Made by a program: the position numbers and the translations under genes. A stretch of DNA of 64,000 bases from Eledone cirrhosa (lineage: Eukaryota): the NCBI GenBank assembly GCA_964016885.1, contig OZ024742.1, positions 4,030,001-4,094,000 on the forward strand, given 5' to 3'. Shown piece by piece: positions 38,783-53,741 of the stretch. How positions within the stretch are numbered: the stretch's first letter is position 1; each line of letters begins with the position of its first letter. Under the pieces are notes generated by a model, which saw nothing but the letters and a program-made list of their open reading frames with translations, was not told where the DNA came from and searched no databases.

Positions 38783-39431
38783 AGTATGCGTGTTCGAGTT
38801 TGCTTAATCCCTATCCATAGTTTTGTTACAAGTTGGTGAAGAGATATTACTTATCCCGTCGGTAAAACAACAACGGTTTATATCTTAGTATAATGATTAA
38901 TAATTATCGCTCATTTTCTCTATCTCATTATTATCTCAGTACTGATAGCCAAACAATGTATTACACACATGAGATTCACATATATATCTTTGTGTCAAGT
39001 GACATATTAATGACTTACTCGAGTGTGTAAAAATCTATTGCATTCGACGAGGTACGAACCCGTAGCTATGTGTTAACATTAATTTACTCCCAACAGAAAT
39101 CATTACTACATGAAATTATTGTTTGATGTAAAGCTAGAAACTTAATTGCTTTGGAGAAATCTATTTGGTGTAATAATAGATATTTGCCATGCTTTATATA
39201 TATATATACATACAGTTTGTATTTATATTCCCTCTGATAGTTTGTATAAATATTGTACATAGATCTATAGAATATGCATACCAACTCTAACACATATATA
39301 TCCTAGAAACGATCGTAAAATGATGAATTTTTTTAATATAAGGAACTGTTTCTTTGTTTATTCATTATTTTATTAATTTATATATATATATATATATATA
39401 TTTGCTGTAATAATAGATATTTGCCATGCTT

Positions 39432-39535
<104 letters not shown>

Positions 39536-39559
39536 TATGGCAAATATCTATTATTACAG

Positions 39560-40103
<544 letters not shown>

Positions 40104-41117
40104 GCTTCTTCCTTATAGATAATGTTAAATATATTAATACTTCTTTCAATGTTGTTATTATTGTAGTTGTGAATAAATATGAGTGTGTGAGTTAGTGTTT
40201 GTTTTACAAAAGTATTAATCCTAGTGCATTGGTGTGTGTTGGGGGGGGGGGTTGTATGGATATATGTGTCTTTGTGTGTAGATTATACTTCGTAGTTGCA
40301 CTTCCCTCTCATATTCACGACTCCAACCACGCAATTCGCATCTTTGACTTCGCTTTTCCCACTCGGCTCACACCTTTTCACGTTTTACATCAAATAAATA
40401 TTCAGTATTATTCCTCACAAGAGAGCCTCGTGACCCTCTGTCCCTTCCAACTTCTCTTCAATTCAACATTTCCACTCTCTACTGCTTCGAATAGTTGGTT
40501 CTCGCCCAAAACTGATATTTATTTTCAAATTACATCTACAAGCAAGCTACCGTACCCTAAATACTCTAAATTATTTGTCGCCGTCGCCTACGTTATGTCG
40601 ACGTTTGACTCCGCGCCACGTCTCTCACCCTTGACTAGCTTAATTCATCCCCTTCTCTCTCTCTCACTATCTGCTCCGTCCGCCCTTACATACATTTCAC
40701 GTCCTCTATCTCTGCTACTTCTATTAAATTCCTCGATATGGGCGTTTGGGTGTCGAACCACGTCCGAAAACAGCAAGATGTTGTATAGAATAGGCTGCGA
40801 AGCAAAAGTGTAGATCGACTGGTGGATGCGGAGTTAGACGACAGTGAATCTGGTCCCTAGTCGGCAGCCTCTTCGCTCATCGAGAGGGTCTCCAGAACAA
40901 ACAACATACCATTCTTTCTCGCCAAACATACACACCAACGAACCACAACAACGACAACAATTGCTCTAGCCTGAAACTCTTTACGGATGTCCACTATACC
41001 CACATACTTTCCACTTGGATACACTTAACAGACGGGTAACCTCCTGCATCCCATACCATTATTTAACTGACACTCATACACAACACATACTCAACCCAAA
41101 CACACACCGCTACGATC

Positions 41118-41184
<67 letters not shown>

Positions 41185-44159
41185 TACCACATGCTCCCTT
41201 TAACACATATATCATTCACACACATATACAGGATGAAACAAAATGAGTCTCCACAACAGCGACAGGCTCGCCCAAGGGGGAATAAGTCTTGTATTCTCAT
41301 CCAATCGGTGCTACATAAAACCGGGATATGTCCGATCTTCCTTCAACCCGTGCAAGCATGAAAGAATGAAAGTAACGATGTTGATTGTATAACATTCGTT
41401 AGTATTCATTTCACATATTCATCGAAGGTAATATAATCACATATAGAGAAGAAGATGAATTTAGTTGAATACCTTGAGAAAAAATACAAAATGTAATTAA
41501 TTTTGATTTTTCTGATCAGCGAACAATTTTCATTTTTATTCAGGTCTATAAAGTCGACATAAATTCCTTTGTATCCTCTCTCTTTCTATATCTCTCTCTT
41601 TCTATCACTATCTCTCTCCACTCCCTGCCTATTTCTCTTCTTTCCTCTGTCCTTCTGTGTTTCCCTCGCTTCTCAGTCTCTCTTCTGTCTTTCTCTAACC
41701 CCTCTGTTTGTTCCTTTCTTCTTCTTATCTCATTTCCCATTCAAGCATCGATGTATTTTCTTCTGTTCACTTGCTACAAATGTCACGTCTTTAAAAAGAA
41801 GAATAATTATAGCAGCAGGAAGAGAGGGAGGAATGAGATGCAATGTAGTGACATCTCTTTTGGACACAGTGGCTAGTAGTGACGCTATCTTTAGTACACA
41901 TATTAACGAAGTCATACTGCATGACTATAACGTTGCAAGCTTTCCTTCTCAGCTGGACCTGGCCGGAGTGGACCGAGGGATGGTAAAAGGCCAAACGCTA
42001 TCACGATCTACCCGTTCTGTAGTAGTTAAGTCCCTCAACTGGGACATTATATACAGTGATACCTTTTGCAGAGCCAACCTGGACATTAGAAGGAGCAAAG
42101 CCTGCGAGTTAAAATGGCTATTCCATCCAACCTTCGGAACAATGTTTTCTCCATTCCGCACCTGGCCTCCTACACGCCAAAGAACGCTCCCCCACAATCC
42201 CTGGGCTCGTATCATTAAGGTTTATTGATGTTTGAACACACTTTTGTGTCTGAAGGCAATGCTAATCTCGGTAGGATTTGATCACAGAACGTTAAGGGAC
42301 ATAACTATATGCCACAAAGTATGTTGTCCAACACTCTAACGATACTTCTAATCCACAGACATTGATGGTTTCTGATTTAGGCACAAGGTCAACAATTTTG
42401 GAGGAAAATAATGTCGATTAAATCGGAAAAAGTGCGATACTGGTACTTTATTTAATGTATTCCATGAGGGTGAAAGCCAAAGTTGCCATCGGTAAGATTT
42501 GAACTTTAAAAGCTCTCACAAAATACCGCCTAACATCTCGCCCACGCACCACTCCGATTCTCCTATTCCCTCGTCATTTGTATAGTCAATAATTGTTAGA
42601 GATAAATACGGATTTCTTAACTGAAAATGCCCTCCATAACTATACTAAATATGGACTGATGAAATTTCAACACATAAACAAGATCTATTCACACGTAGTT
42701 TGAAATTATTTCCTGTGTGTACAGAGAATAGAAAATCTAATATTCATAAAATGGTATGAACTAACATCTTTATTCACACCATTGAACCAATAGGAATTCA
42801 ATGAAATAGAGATAATCGTTTGAATAACAATTGTTCCATGTTTCCATTTGTGGTGCAACAGAGCAATGATAAATCCTTTACACCATTTCATTGTTAACAT
42901 AAACGAGAGAGATGACGAAACGCATTCATTTAAACGATGTTGTTTCCCAGCAAATAGTTATTCTATTTTCTGTTTGGAAACCTAACAGACTTCTCTAAAA
43001 GTAACAGTGGCGTGGTTTTTGTTGTTGGCCACGATGCTCGTGATGTTTGAGTTTTTATCTGAAAGGTATGAAGGAAGGAGCTGGGCTTATGAACTTTATA
43101 GACCTTCTGTGACAGATGAAGGTGTTGCGGATGTTCAGTATAAATGCGATGACAGTCATATGCTGGGAATGAATTAGATATATAATTAGAGATATAATTA
43201 GAGATATAATTTGCCTATTAGTTATGCCTCATTACCATATCAGTTGAAATACCGCCAGAGTCAACTTTGTTTTTTATCCTTCCGGGGTCGTGACAGACAA
43301 ATACCAGTCAATCACCGGTATCGTTGTAATCGATTTATCCATCCCATCAGAAAACTGCTGGCCATGTGTCTAAATTAGGAACCATTAATTACATAACCTA
43401 ACATTTCACACTAATACATGTCAACATATTAGGAATACGATCGATAATCGAGAACATCGCAGACGTTTTACCGAGTTGGGTGAAACTCAATCTAACCAAA
43501 GAAACAATGTTTCCACTAGTCTTCCCATTGCTGATACAATCTACACCTGTCAGAAAGTGGAAGGTGAAATAAAGTTTCTTGTTCAAGAATATTACGTATC
43601 GCCCAGTCCGATTGCAACCTCCCGATTGTGAATCTAATTCTTGAACCAGTAAGCCATGCACTTTCACTATAAAATGTTAGAATATAATACATTACTACTA
43701 ACAGAATTTCGCTTCGTAAATATGTGGTCTCGCGTTCAAAAAGCGGGTCCGTACATAAATACCTTCTACTATAACCTTGGGGTCAAGAGGTCAAATGAGG
43801 CGTTGTCAGTGATATTTGGTAGACAGGAAAATTGTGTTGGATAGGACGTCCCATTTTGTTTTGTCCGACGTCCTACCGATACAGCAACTCCAATGCTTAC
43901 TTTCATTCTTGATAATGGTTTCATCGACCCCAGTGCGTTATTTTATTTCATCAACACCGTAAGAATGAAAGGCAAAGCTAACCCCAGCGAGACTTGAACG
44001 CCGATCATAAAGGGTTGTAACTATATGCCGTAAAACGTTGCCAACGCTCTACCGATACTGCCACTCCACCGCCCTGACTTTCATTCCTAATAATTAAGAC
44101 ATTGTGTACATTTAAATGTATATATTATGTTGAGAGTTGATTTGATGGTACACTTGCCA

Positions 44160-44280
44160 TTCTGAGTTCAAATCCCGCCGAGGTTAACTTTGCCTTTCAT
44201 CCTTACGGGGTCGATAAAATAAAGTACCAGTAATACACTGGGTAATTACTAGCCTTGTGCCAAAAGTAGAAACAATTATT
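44160..44280 (+). mobile_element. tRNA-SINE, 5'-truncated (older copies ~42250-42545 -, 43250-43390 +, 43920-44070 -)
   Basis: Near-identical to 13657-13775. Confidence 0.85.
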
Positions 44281-45402
44281 GTAATTAATCATTTCATTTC
44301 TCTTCAAAATATTTATCATTAACCGGATTATTTATGTCAGGACCTGGTAGACCCTATTTTTCATTCTTTCACTCCTCTCTAATCTAATTAAACACATTTT
44401 GTATTTGTCTACTCCATCATCGATTTAGTCCTTAGTTAAACAACTTTGCTTCTCTATAGTTAGCTGTTAATATCAACACTTAGTAATTATAGCTTTAAAT
44501 CTACCTACAAATTATACAGCAATGAACAGAGGTTAGATACAGATATTCCTGATGATTTATATGTAACAATTATAGTTACTTTAAATAGCTAGTGAAGCGT
44601 TGATTCATTAATTATATGGTAACATAGATACAGACTTTAAGTCTCGTTAATTTTTTCATCTTTAAATAATCAATTAATTAAAGAAATAATTAAGCATGGC
44701 ATAATTCATGACAGGAATGTAATTAAACGTAAAATAAGTGAAACAAATTACCTAAAGGTTTTCATACACACTTTGCTGGAGAATTAAATAGAACTCCGTG
44801 GCATTTGATGGTGTGACTCAGTCGTTTCATTAAAGCAACAGACTGCTATTAAATTAACGTTTCAATTGCTAACGATTCCACAGACACGTGTTTACTTGTT
44901 GCCAGAGAGATTTAACGTGTCTCACAAAATTCGTCTTTCTAATAACAGTTTCAGTACATCCGACGGAATACTAAATAATTTCCGCCTACCAAATTCCTTC
45001 ATAAGTTTTAAGTCGAACCACGTCTAAGGTAAATGTCAGATATTGGTATGGAGTGTACAGAGAGATTGGCAGGGCATTGCTGGAGAGCAAATGACGATAT
45101 TGTTAGGGAAGTTGTTTTGAGGGTGCCAACTCAAAGAAGAGCAGAGGACAAGTGAAGACATATATCAAACAGATTTGTGACAACATAAACGGCAATCCCT
45201 CTTATCTGCTGAATATGATAAACAATAGAATTGGACAGCGACAGAGAGTCAGGGGAATATGTGAAAGCAGTGAGACCTATTGATTGATTGGAATCGACCT
45301 TATGAGTGCGAAGCAAACTTCATAAATATTTTGTCATGCTGCACTTTAACCCCTGCTGTTACATTGTTTTATATTGTTTCAAGTGGTGAAATGACAATGT
45401 GG

Positions 45403-45617
45403 TTAAAGGTACAGGTATGTCTGTTTAATTAAAGGTGCAGGTATGTCTGTTTAATTAAAGGTACAGGTATGTCTGTTTAATTAAAAGTACAGTCTGTTTA
45501 ATTAAAGGGACAGGTATGTCTGTTTAATTAAAGGGACAGGTCTGTCTGTTTAATTAACGGTACAGGTATGTCTCTTTAATTAAAGGGACAGGTCTGTCTG
45601 GTTAGGGGTACAGGTTA
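45403..45617. repeat. 26-bp minisatellite AAAGGTACAGGTATGTCTGTTTAATT, ~8 copies
   Basis: Direct reading. Confidence 0.93.
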
Positions 45618-46163
45618 AGCCATTGAATTTGTCTGTTGTTGGTGAACATCTGCATCTTTATTCCTGTAACCGTCCCAGGAATTACCTTTGCTTCTCAGTT
45701 TTTTTTTTATATCTGTTGATGTCCTTGTAGTTTTGTGGGCAAACATGTAGTTGCCACCTTTTCCTTTTATGTTAATTTTGGAATACTAAGACCTAATGAA
45801 AATCTGCTAGACTTTTTCATGAGGGAATACGGCTACATCCTTCATTCGATGTGTTGTTGACACTGTTGTTTTCCTGCCTCTATGCTGTTATTATTTCATA
45901 CGTATCTTCCATGCAGTTTCTTAATGTTGCACAACCTGGACTCAATATTATGCAATTAATGTATGTAACTAGTTGGTGAGTAATAATGTGTTACTATTGA
46001 GGGCATCTGTTTGGGAACCCTGTGTGTTTACGTGAATGTGATATTAAGTGTTAGAAGTGTTTATTATGACCGATATCAGATTGTTAGTCTAATATGCGGA
46101 GAGTCTATATTAAAAAAGATTGAGCGAAGTTTCAGCTTGATATATTTTATGCTTGATCCCGCG

Positions 46164-46227
<64 letters not shown>

Positions 46228-46230
46228 GTG

Positions 46231-46700
<470 letters not shown>

Positions 46701-46802
46701 TATATATTTATATATATATATATTTAATATTAAATATTTATACTTTGCTTTGTATTGCGTACCTTACTTACTGTGGTTACCCCCGACTGAACTCGGGTTA
46801 AA

Positions 46803-46860
<58 letters not shown>

Positions 46861-47621
46861 AGAGTATTGAAGTTTGCTTGAAGCATTGTGGAATAATAAG
46901 GTACATTTCTTTAAGTCGTTTGGAAGCCTCGACAATGCAGATGGGTAAATCTCCGGGTAACAAGATCCGGTGGTGGAGAGAGAGAGATGTAAGTGGGTGT
47001 ACGTTGAGATGCGTGGCGTGTATAAGACTGTAACGTGTAGAGGAATGAAGGAAAGAGCGTAAAGGATAAAAATAACAACACGAGAAAGAGTTACCTTGGG
47101 AGAGATTTAATTTTCCCTATATATTTCTGATTCACATCCATCAACTGGGGTTTTTTTCCGGGGGGGGGGGGCGTTGTCTGTCGGAAAGGTGCGAAACGTG
47201 TCCTCTGCTGTTCGTTGTTTTGAATATATATATATATATATAAATATATATAAGGGATAACAAAATATCGTTATAGGTAATCCAGTTAGAGATTGTGAAT
47301 ACTTGATATTATGGTTATTTTAGCGTATTGCGTACTGCGTTGTTTGACTCAACAATAGGTTTACGTAGGTGGCGAGTTTATGATTTCACTTGTATTCCTA
47401 TGTGGAGTAATATTGAAAAGTTAAGAATAACATGGTCAACAGTACAAAACAGGTTTTATTTACAGTCTGACAATTGTTTCACAGATTAAGTTGTCTAAAA
47501 ATTGCTGAACACTTGAAGCAGTGCCATTCAATTTTAAATACGTTCTTAGCTTAACCAGATCATCGGAGATAACTGTTATATATGCTCAGAATTCAAATTA
47601 CAGCATCATTAATAATATTAA

Positions 47622-47735
47622 TAATTGTTTCTACTTTTTGGCACAAGGCCAGCAATTATCCCAGTGTATTACTGTTACTTTATTTTATCGACCCCGTAAG
47701 GATGAAAGGCAAAGTTAACCTCGGCGAGATTTGAA
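47622..47735 (-). mobile_element. tRNA-SINE, 5'-truncated
   Basis: Reverse complement of 44166-44280. Confidence 0.85.
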
Positions 47736-48039
47736 AGATAGAAAGAGAAAAAAGAAAGAGAAATAGAGAGAAGAAAGAAAGAAAAAAAAATAGAAAAAGG
47801 AGAAAGGAAAACAGAGAAAGATATAGAGAAAAAGACAGAGAGAAAGGAGGATAGGAACAGGTGAGAAAAGAATAAAGAAGAAATAAAGGTAAATAAAAAT
47901 AAAAATAAAAGGAAAATAATGATATCAACAATAAATGAATAAATGCTAATAAACAAGTTACATCGAGGATGATACAAAACAATACAAAATATGAAAACAA
48001 ATAAATAAAAAATGTTTATAGGTGCGATCTGTTATTTTA

Positions 48040-48127
<88 letters not shown>

Positions 48128-48588
48128 CGAAATTTATTCAAGTACAAGAAAGATATAGCTTTTAGCAAAATAGTGAAGTCAAAAGAGCTATTTTTTTCAT
48201 TTGAATTTATATCTCTTAATACTCATATAGAAAGGTAGAAAAAGAGGGTGGTGGGCATATATTAATACTTAAGGTGTGATGACGCCTGAATTAATTAAGA
48301 GATCATCAAAGTGTTCTAGAATCAGAGGTCTGCTGTGTTTCCATGTGAATTGTTATGCCAATGGTTATCATTGGAAAAGCTATTGAAACTATATTAGCAG
48401 TTGGAGATTATTGCATTGAAAAATAATTCAAACTTTCAACGTCATTGGCATAGAAACCTAAATTGCTTCTATGTTACAATAAAGTATAGGCCTTTTTATT
48501 TATATATATTTTTAGCATGATAGTCACAGTGGTATTGTTTAAATAGAAATAGAAATATCCTTCTCTTCAACCTCCTTCTCCAAACTAT

Positions 48589-48826
48589 GGTGGATTGGCA
48601 GTATCGGTAGACAGTCGGACGCCATGCTTTCCAGCATAGAGTCACGGCCCTTTATGATATGAGTTCAAATCCCGCTGAGGTTAACTTTGCCTTTCATCCT
48701 TACGGGGTCGGTAAAATAATGTACCAGTCACAAACTGGGGTGGATTTAATAGACTTCCACTCCACCCAAATTGCTGGCCTTGTGCCTATATAAGAAACAA
48801 TTATTATCATTATTATTATTATTATT
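48589..48826 (+). mobile_element. tRNA-SINE, full length, with (TTA)n tail
   Basis: A/B boxes and body as at 13587-13775. Confidence 0.87.
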
Positions 48827-49757
48827 GTTCTTTGAGTCTCAGTCATTGATGTTATTTACCTGGAAAGTTTGTTGAAATGAATATCCAGCCGCTACCTGCA
48901 GCCTCAGATGTTCAGGACGTATCGGAGGGTTCTTGCTGTTCCCAGCAAGCATGCCTTTTGAAGTGTTCCAAAAAGCGGAGCTGGACTAACTTTCTTTAAC
49001 CATCCTTGGAAACTCTTTGAGATAGTACCTAGTGCGCCTATGACAATCGGGACGACCTTGATTTCATGGCAGTTCCAAATCCTTTTTAACTCCGACTTTA
49101 AATCCTGGTATCGGTTCATTTTCTCCCTCTCCTTTTCCTGCACTCTCATGTCAAAGGGGCAGGCTACATCTACTCAGGCACGATCTTTTTTCCTTGTCCA
49201 AAACCATCAGGTCAAGCCTATTGTTTTCTAATTTCTTGTCCTTCTGTATCCTAAAATCCCACAGCACCTTCACCTGATCGTTTTCTATCACCGACTCTGG
49301 CTTATGCTCATACCACTTCTCAGAATGTGGTAAATTGTTTACCTTCCATAGGTGCCAGTGGATCACCCTGCCTATCGCATCATGTCTCCAGCCTTTATAG
49401 TGAGTCTGGGTTAGGTATTTACACTCGGATACAATGTGAGCCACAGTCTCCTCTCTCTCTCCACAGATCCTACACAGTGGGCTAGCCTTCTCCTTATAAA
49501 TATGGTGTTTCACCCACTTCGTTTTGAGTGCCTGCTCTTGCGCAGCCATTAGCATTCCTTCTGTAGCCTTTTAAGGTCTCCTCTTTTTAACCAGTTCCAT
49601 GTCTGTGGATCTCTAAATTCCGTTTTCTCAAAGGAGGTACTATGAAGGGATTTTTCATGGAGGTTGGTCTTGCTCCTTGTTGTTATTTCCTCCTTGGACA
49701 TCCCCTGGTCTTTGTCTTCTCCTTCAGTACAATTCTGAGCATTGGCTCCCTACTGTG

Positions 49758-49758
<1 letters not shown>
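48827..49758 (-). mobile_element. 5'-truncated R4/Dong-like RLE retrotransposon (different subfamily from the adjacent one)
   Basis: AAQEQAL, CRIC..ETVAHIVSEC, RHD, VLWDF, VVPIVIGALG; frameshifts; (TTA)n on both sides. Confidence 0.9.
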
Positions 49759-49790
<32 letters not shown>

Positions 49791-52700
49791 TGCATTTATC
49801 TTGCTTTATGTTTATACGAGTTATCACCAAGTCACAACCAGTGATCTCAAGAGACAACAAGGTCCGCCATGTTCAAGAAAGAACATACATATTCACACAT
49901 GCATCCTTAGTGTTTAGACTTGTGATGTACTTATATTGACAGGATCTTTCTTAGTATATGGGCAGTTCCCATTAGTACTATCTTTTGTATTTCTCCTATA
50001 CGCGGGTTTCCTGGGATTTGCGATAAGTAGTCGTTAGACCCCTTAGGTATCATTCCCAGAGCGCCTACAACCACTGGTATTGTTTTAGTTCTCAATTTCC
50101 ACATTTTTCCAATTTCTATCTCCAGGTCCTTATACTTGCTCAATTTTTCAAATGTTTTTATAGATACATTCTTGTCTATTGGAACAGACATATCAATTAG
50201 CAGGCATACCCTCCTTTGAAAGTCCTTCAATATTATATCAGGTCTATTTGCATCTATTTTTCGGTCTGTTTGGATGCTAAAGTTCCACAAGATTGAGATG
50301 TGATCTTTTTCAAGTATGGGAGGTGGTTGATGCTCCCACCAATTCTTTTGATGGGGCAGGTCAAAATGCTTACACATTATCCAATGTATGTATTGTGCAG
50401 TTCTGTCATGCCTGTTTAGGTATTCGGTTGGAGCTATAGGACTGCACATTGAAATTATATGGTCAATGGTCTCTGGTTGTTTTTTGCATACACGGCATAA
50501 TGGGCTGCACCCATTTTTTATTATGTTGGCTTGGTAATTTTTTGTTGGCAGACACTGATCTTGTGCGGATATAATCAGTCCTTCAGTCTCCGATTTCAGT
50601 CCAGAGGATGCCAACCACTGATGGATTAAAGTTTTGTCAACATCAGGATTGTTAGCTCGCTCTGGGTATTTTCCATACAGAGGCTTTTCTTGCCATTTCT
50701 TAGCCAGTTTCTGTAGCAGTTCTTTCTTTGCAGGTACTTTTACCTGCTTTGCTTTTTCTGTGTTTTCCATTTCAGCAGTAAATGGGACTTCTGAAATTTG
50801 TAGTCCATTACTGTATCTTTGTGCATCTTTTGTAATGGAATATGATCTTTTGGTGCTTTCGTGTTTCAAAACGAGTTTGATCATCCAATCATGTGATTCC
50901 CTTAGATATGTGGATAATCCAATTGTTGCAGTTTTCAACGCAATGTCTAACTGGATTAACCCACGTCCTCCTTCTTTCCTAGGGAGATATATTCTATCTA
51001 TGTCTGCCTTAGGGTGATGCATTCTGTGCATGGTTAAGAATTTTCGGATTTTTGTATCGAGCCTACGGATCTCCGTGCTTGACCAGTTGATGACATTGTA
51101 ACTGTAGGTTACTACTGGTATGGCAAGCGTGTTTATGGCATCGATCCTATTCCTTGCATTGAATTCCGTTCTTAAGATTGCTCTGACTCTGCGGTAACAT
51201 TCCTTCCTTATCCTTTCCCTCATTGTCGAGTGCTTGATTCCGTCTCCTTCACAAACACCTAGATATTTGTAAGTTTGTTCTTGATCAAGCTCTCTTATCA
51301 CGTTCCCCCGATCAAGATTAATGTCTGAACTCTTCAGCAGCTTTCCTCTGGTGAACGTTGCTTTGGCGCATTTATCCAGTCCAAACTCCATTTTAATGTC
51401 ATCACTGAACTGCTTCACAGTGGATAATAGCCCTTGCAATTGTTCATCATTTTTTGCAAATAGTTTCAGGTCATCCATGTAGAACAGGTGATTAATGGTT
51501 TTGTCATAGACTCTATATCCATGTTTTGTTTCATTGAGCATTTTACTTAATGGTATAAGTGCGATGCAGAATAAAAGCGGTGATAAAGAGTCACCCTGAA
51601 AAATTCCACGATTAATGTTAACTTCTCCAGCTTCCAGTGATTTTGTTTCACTATTCAAAAGGAGTGTCGTTCTCCATGTCCTCATACTGAATGACAAAAA
51701 CCTCCTGACAACGGGGGATATTTTGAAAATCTCTAAACATTTTTCAATCCAACTGTGTGGCAAACTATCAAATGCTTTTTTATAATCTATCCAAGCAATT
51801 GATAGATTTTTGTGTCTATTATGACAATCTTCCAGTATCATTTTGTTAACCAGAAGCTGATCCTTACAGCCATATGAGCCTCGTTTACACCCTTTCTGCT
51901 CAATGGGAAATAGGTCATTTGTTATCAGGTGGTCATATGTGTATTCAGTTAGGACTGATGTTAAAATTTTATACATTGTGGTCAAGCAGGTTATCGGTCT
52001 GTAATTTTTGGGATTGTTTGTCTCATCATTCTTCGGTAGCAGGAATGTAATGCCGTTAACTAGCCATGATGGTATCTTTTCTGGCTCCTTAACTATTTCA
52101 TTGTAAAGTTGGGCTAACAGCTCATGAGACTCTGTGAAGGCATTTATCCAAAAGTTTTGTATTTTGTCTTTTCCTGGGGATTTCCATTTGCTGGTTTTTC
52201 TTAGAGCCAAGCGCAGCTGTTCAACTGTTATATTTTCCCATGTTTGTTCTTCAAGGTGAGCTGTTTCTTTCATTTGTCTGTCTATCCATGGGGCATGTAT
52301 GTTATGAACTTTTTCTTCGGCCCAGATCTTTTCCCAGAATTCTTGCACTTCCTCCTTGGGTGGTATTGATTTAGCAGTTATTGTTGACTTACCAATTTTT
52401 CTGTAGAAGTTTCTTTGGTTGTTTTTGAACATATTATTGTCCTTATAGAATCTAGATCGTTTTTCAAAGCGCCTTATACGAGCAGCTTTGGCCGACACTT
52501 TTTGCTTGATTGTTTCTATCAGCATGTCTATGTCACATGTTGATCTTATACTGTACTTTTTTTTCAATTTTCTAAGTTTAGTTTGTTTAACATGTTCACC
52601 TACTTTATAGTTTGTTAAAATTTCTATGTCAGATCGGAGAAGGTTTATTTGGCGATTGATGTAAACTTGCCAAGTAGATTTCTTGTGGGAATTCCTTTGT

Positions 52701-53698
52701 TTTTTCATCTTCACTCCACATAAGTGAGTGGTGACTTTAGCCGATGCATAATAGAGATGATTTAAGTCAGTAATGTTTATTTTGTTTGTGATGATAATGT
52801 TTTTGAGAATTATGTTAGTCTTGTGTATTATCTTTTGGTTCTGTTTGGAGTTCTGGATCTTAGGGAGGGTGTCTCGTTCCCCCATGTCAGATTCTTTCAT
52901 TTTCATCCATTCGATCATAATTTCATCCTTCAAGTTGGCAAGTTCATTCTCATTCATTTCTTTATCATTTACGATCTCATTATTTTCATTTGGGGTTTCA
53001 TCCTGAGCATGCACTCCCTCCACTTTTTCGCTCCTTTCTTTAATTTGTTCTGTTGCCAGTGATTCCGCCCCAACTCTGGGATTCGAAGTGTTACAGTTTA
53101 CCTCGTTTTCACTGACACATGCTTCATTTTCCCTTCGCTGACTTTGTGCTACTAGCTTGATCTGATCAATTTCTATATCAGTTAGTAACTTTTTTCTTAC
53201 AATATTTCTTCGTATATTGGCTAGTTTGTTACTGTCAATATAGCCTCTGTTTTCGGGATGTTTCTTTTTCCAGTTGATATATGTTTGCTCTGTATTCGAT
53301 GTATTTGATGGGTAGTACATGGCAGTGTAGAAAGCCTCAAGGACTTCTTTATTATCTTCCCTTGACCATTTTTCTCTCTTTTTCTTTGGATTTCTTGGTG
53401 GTGAGCATGGAGGGCCAACAGTAGGAGTATTCCGGTTATGGGAGGTCTCCAGCTCCGAAGTGATGGGAAGGTTTGAACCATTAGCTGATTTTTCGACCCC
53501 AGTCTGGTTCCTCTCTGAGGGACGCGGCCCTTTTTTACCCGGGTGACGGCCGATCCGGTATGAGATTTCATCATTAGACATCTACTTTATTTTGTCGCGT
53601 TTTATCCTTATCCGCCAAGGGGTAATCTTTTCGTGTTACCACTTCTAGAACGAGTGTCAACCAAGACTAGAGGGGTCGTTCTCCCCTAGAGACATGGC
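49791..53698 (-). mobile_element. Full-length R4/Dong-like non-LTR retrotransposon inserted in (TAA)n
   Basis: Single long ORF, ~117-bp 5' UTR, ~140-bp 3' UTR, (TTA)n at 49759-49790 and 53699-53741. Confidence 0.92.
49931..53581 (-). CDS. 1216-aa RT + CCHC knuckle + restriction-like endonuclease
   Basis: KSPGKD, NYRPITCL, IDYKKAFD, GIFQGDSLSP, FYMDD, YKYLG, CRVC..H....C, RHD, RPD..D..K..KY; no stops. Confidence 0.96.
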   Translation of the reverse strand: MSNDEISYRIGRHPGKKGPRPSERNQTGVEKSANGSNLPITSELETSHNRNTPTVGPPCSPPRNPKKKREKWSREDNKEVLEAFYTAMYYPSNTSNTEQTYINWKKKHPENRGYIDSNKLANIRRNIVRKKLLTDIEIDQIKLVAQSQRRENEACVSENEVNCNTSNPRVGAESLATEQIKERSEKVEGVHAQDETPNENNEIVNDKEMNENELANLKDEIMIEWMKMKESDMGERDTLPKIQNSKQNQKIIHKTNIILKNIIITNKINITDLNHLYYASAKVTTHLCGVKMKKQRNSHKKSTWQVYINRQINLLRSDIEILTNYKVGEHVKQTKLRKLKKKYSIRSTCDIDMLIETIKQKVSAKAARIRRFEKRSRFYKDNNMFKNNQRNFYRKIGKSTITAKSIPPKEEVQEFWEKIWAEEKVHNIHAPWIDRQMKETAHLEEQTWENITVEQLRLALRKTSKWKSPGKDKIQNFWINAFTESHELLAQLYNEIVKEPEKIPSWLVNGITFLLPKNDETNNPKNYRPITCLTTMYKILTSVLTEYTYDHLITNDLFPIEQKGCKRGSYGCKDQLLVNKMILEDCHNRHKNLSIAWIDYKKAFDSLPHSWIEKCLEIFKISPVVRRFLSFSMRTWRTTLLLNSETKSLEAGEVNINRGIFQGDSLSPLLFCIALIPLSKMLNETKHGYRVYDKTINHLFYMDDLKLFAKNDEQLQGLLSTVKQFSDDIKMEFGLDKCAKATFTRGKLLKSSDINLDRGNVIRELDQEQTYKYLGVCEGDGIKHSTMRERIRKECYRRVRAILRTEFNARNRIDAINTLAIPVVTYSYNVINWSSTEIRRLDTKIRKFLTMHRMHHPKADIDRIYLPRKEGGRGLIQLDIALKTATIGLSTYLRESHDWMIKLVLKHESTKRSYSITKDAQRYSNGLQISEVPFTAEMENTEKAKQVKVPAKKELLQKLAKKWQEKPLYGKYPERANNPDVDKTLIHQWLASSGLKSETEGLIISAQDQCLPTKNYQANIIKNGCSPLCRVCKKQPETIDHIISMCSPIAPTEYLNRHDRTAQYIHWIMCKHFDLPHQKNWWEHQPPPILEKDHISILWNFSIQTDRKIDANRPDIILKDFQRRVCLLIDMSVPIDKNVSIKTFEKLSKYKDLEIEIGKMWKLRTKTIPVVVGALGMIPKGSNDYLSQIPGNPRIGEIQKIVLMGTAHILRKILSI

Positions 53699-53741
<43 letters not shown>

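Noticed and set aside
47464-47576. HHR on minus strand (CCGATGA...GAAACAATTGTC)
   Set aside because: Core mutated and stem II base unpaired; probably a decayed copy, not called
53582-53698. HDV-like ribozyme in the Dong 5' UTR
   Set aside because: Hairpins are present (CTAGGGG..CCCCTCTAG; GGTAA..TTACC) but I could not build the nested double pseudoknot by eye; needs a descriptor search
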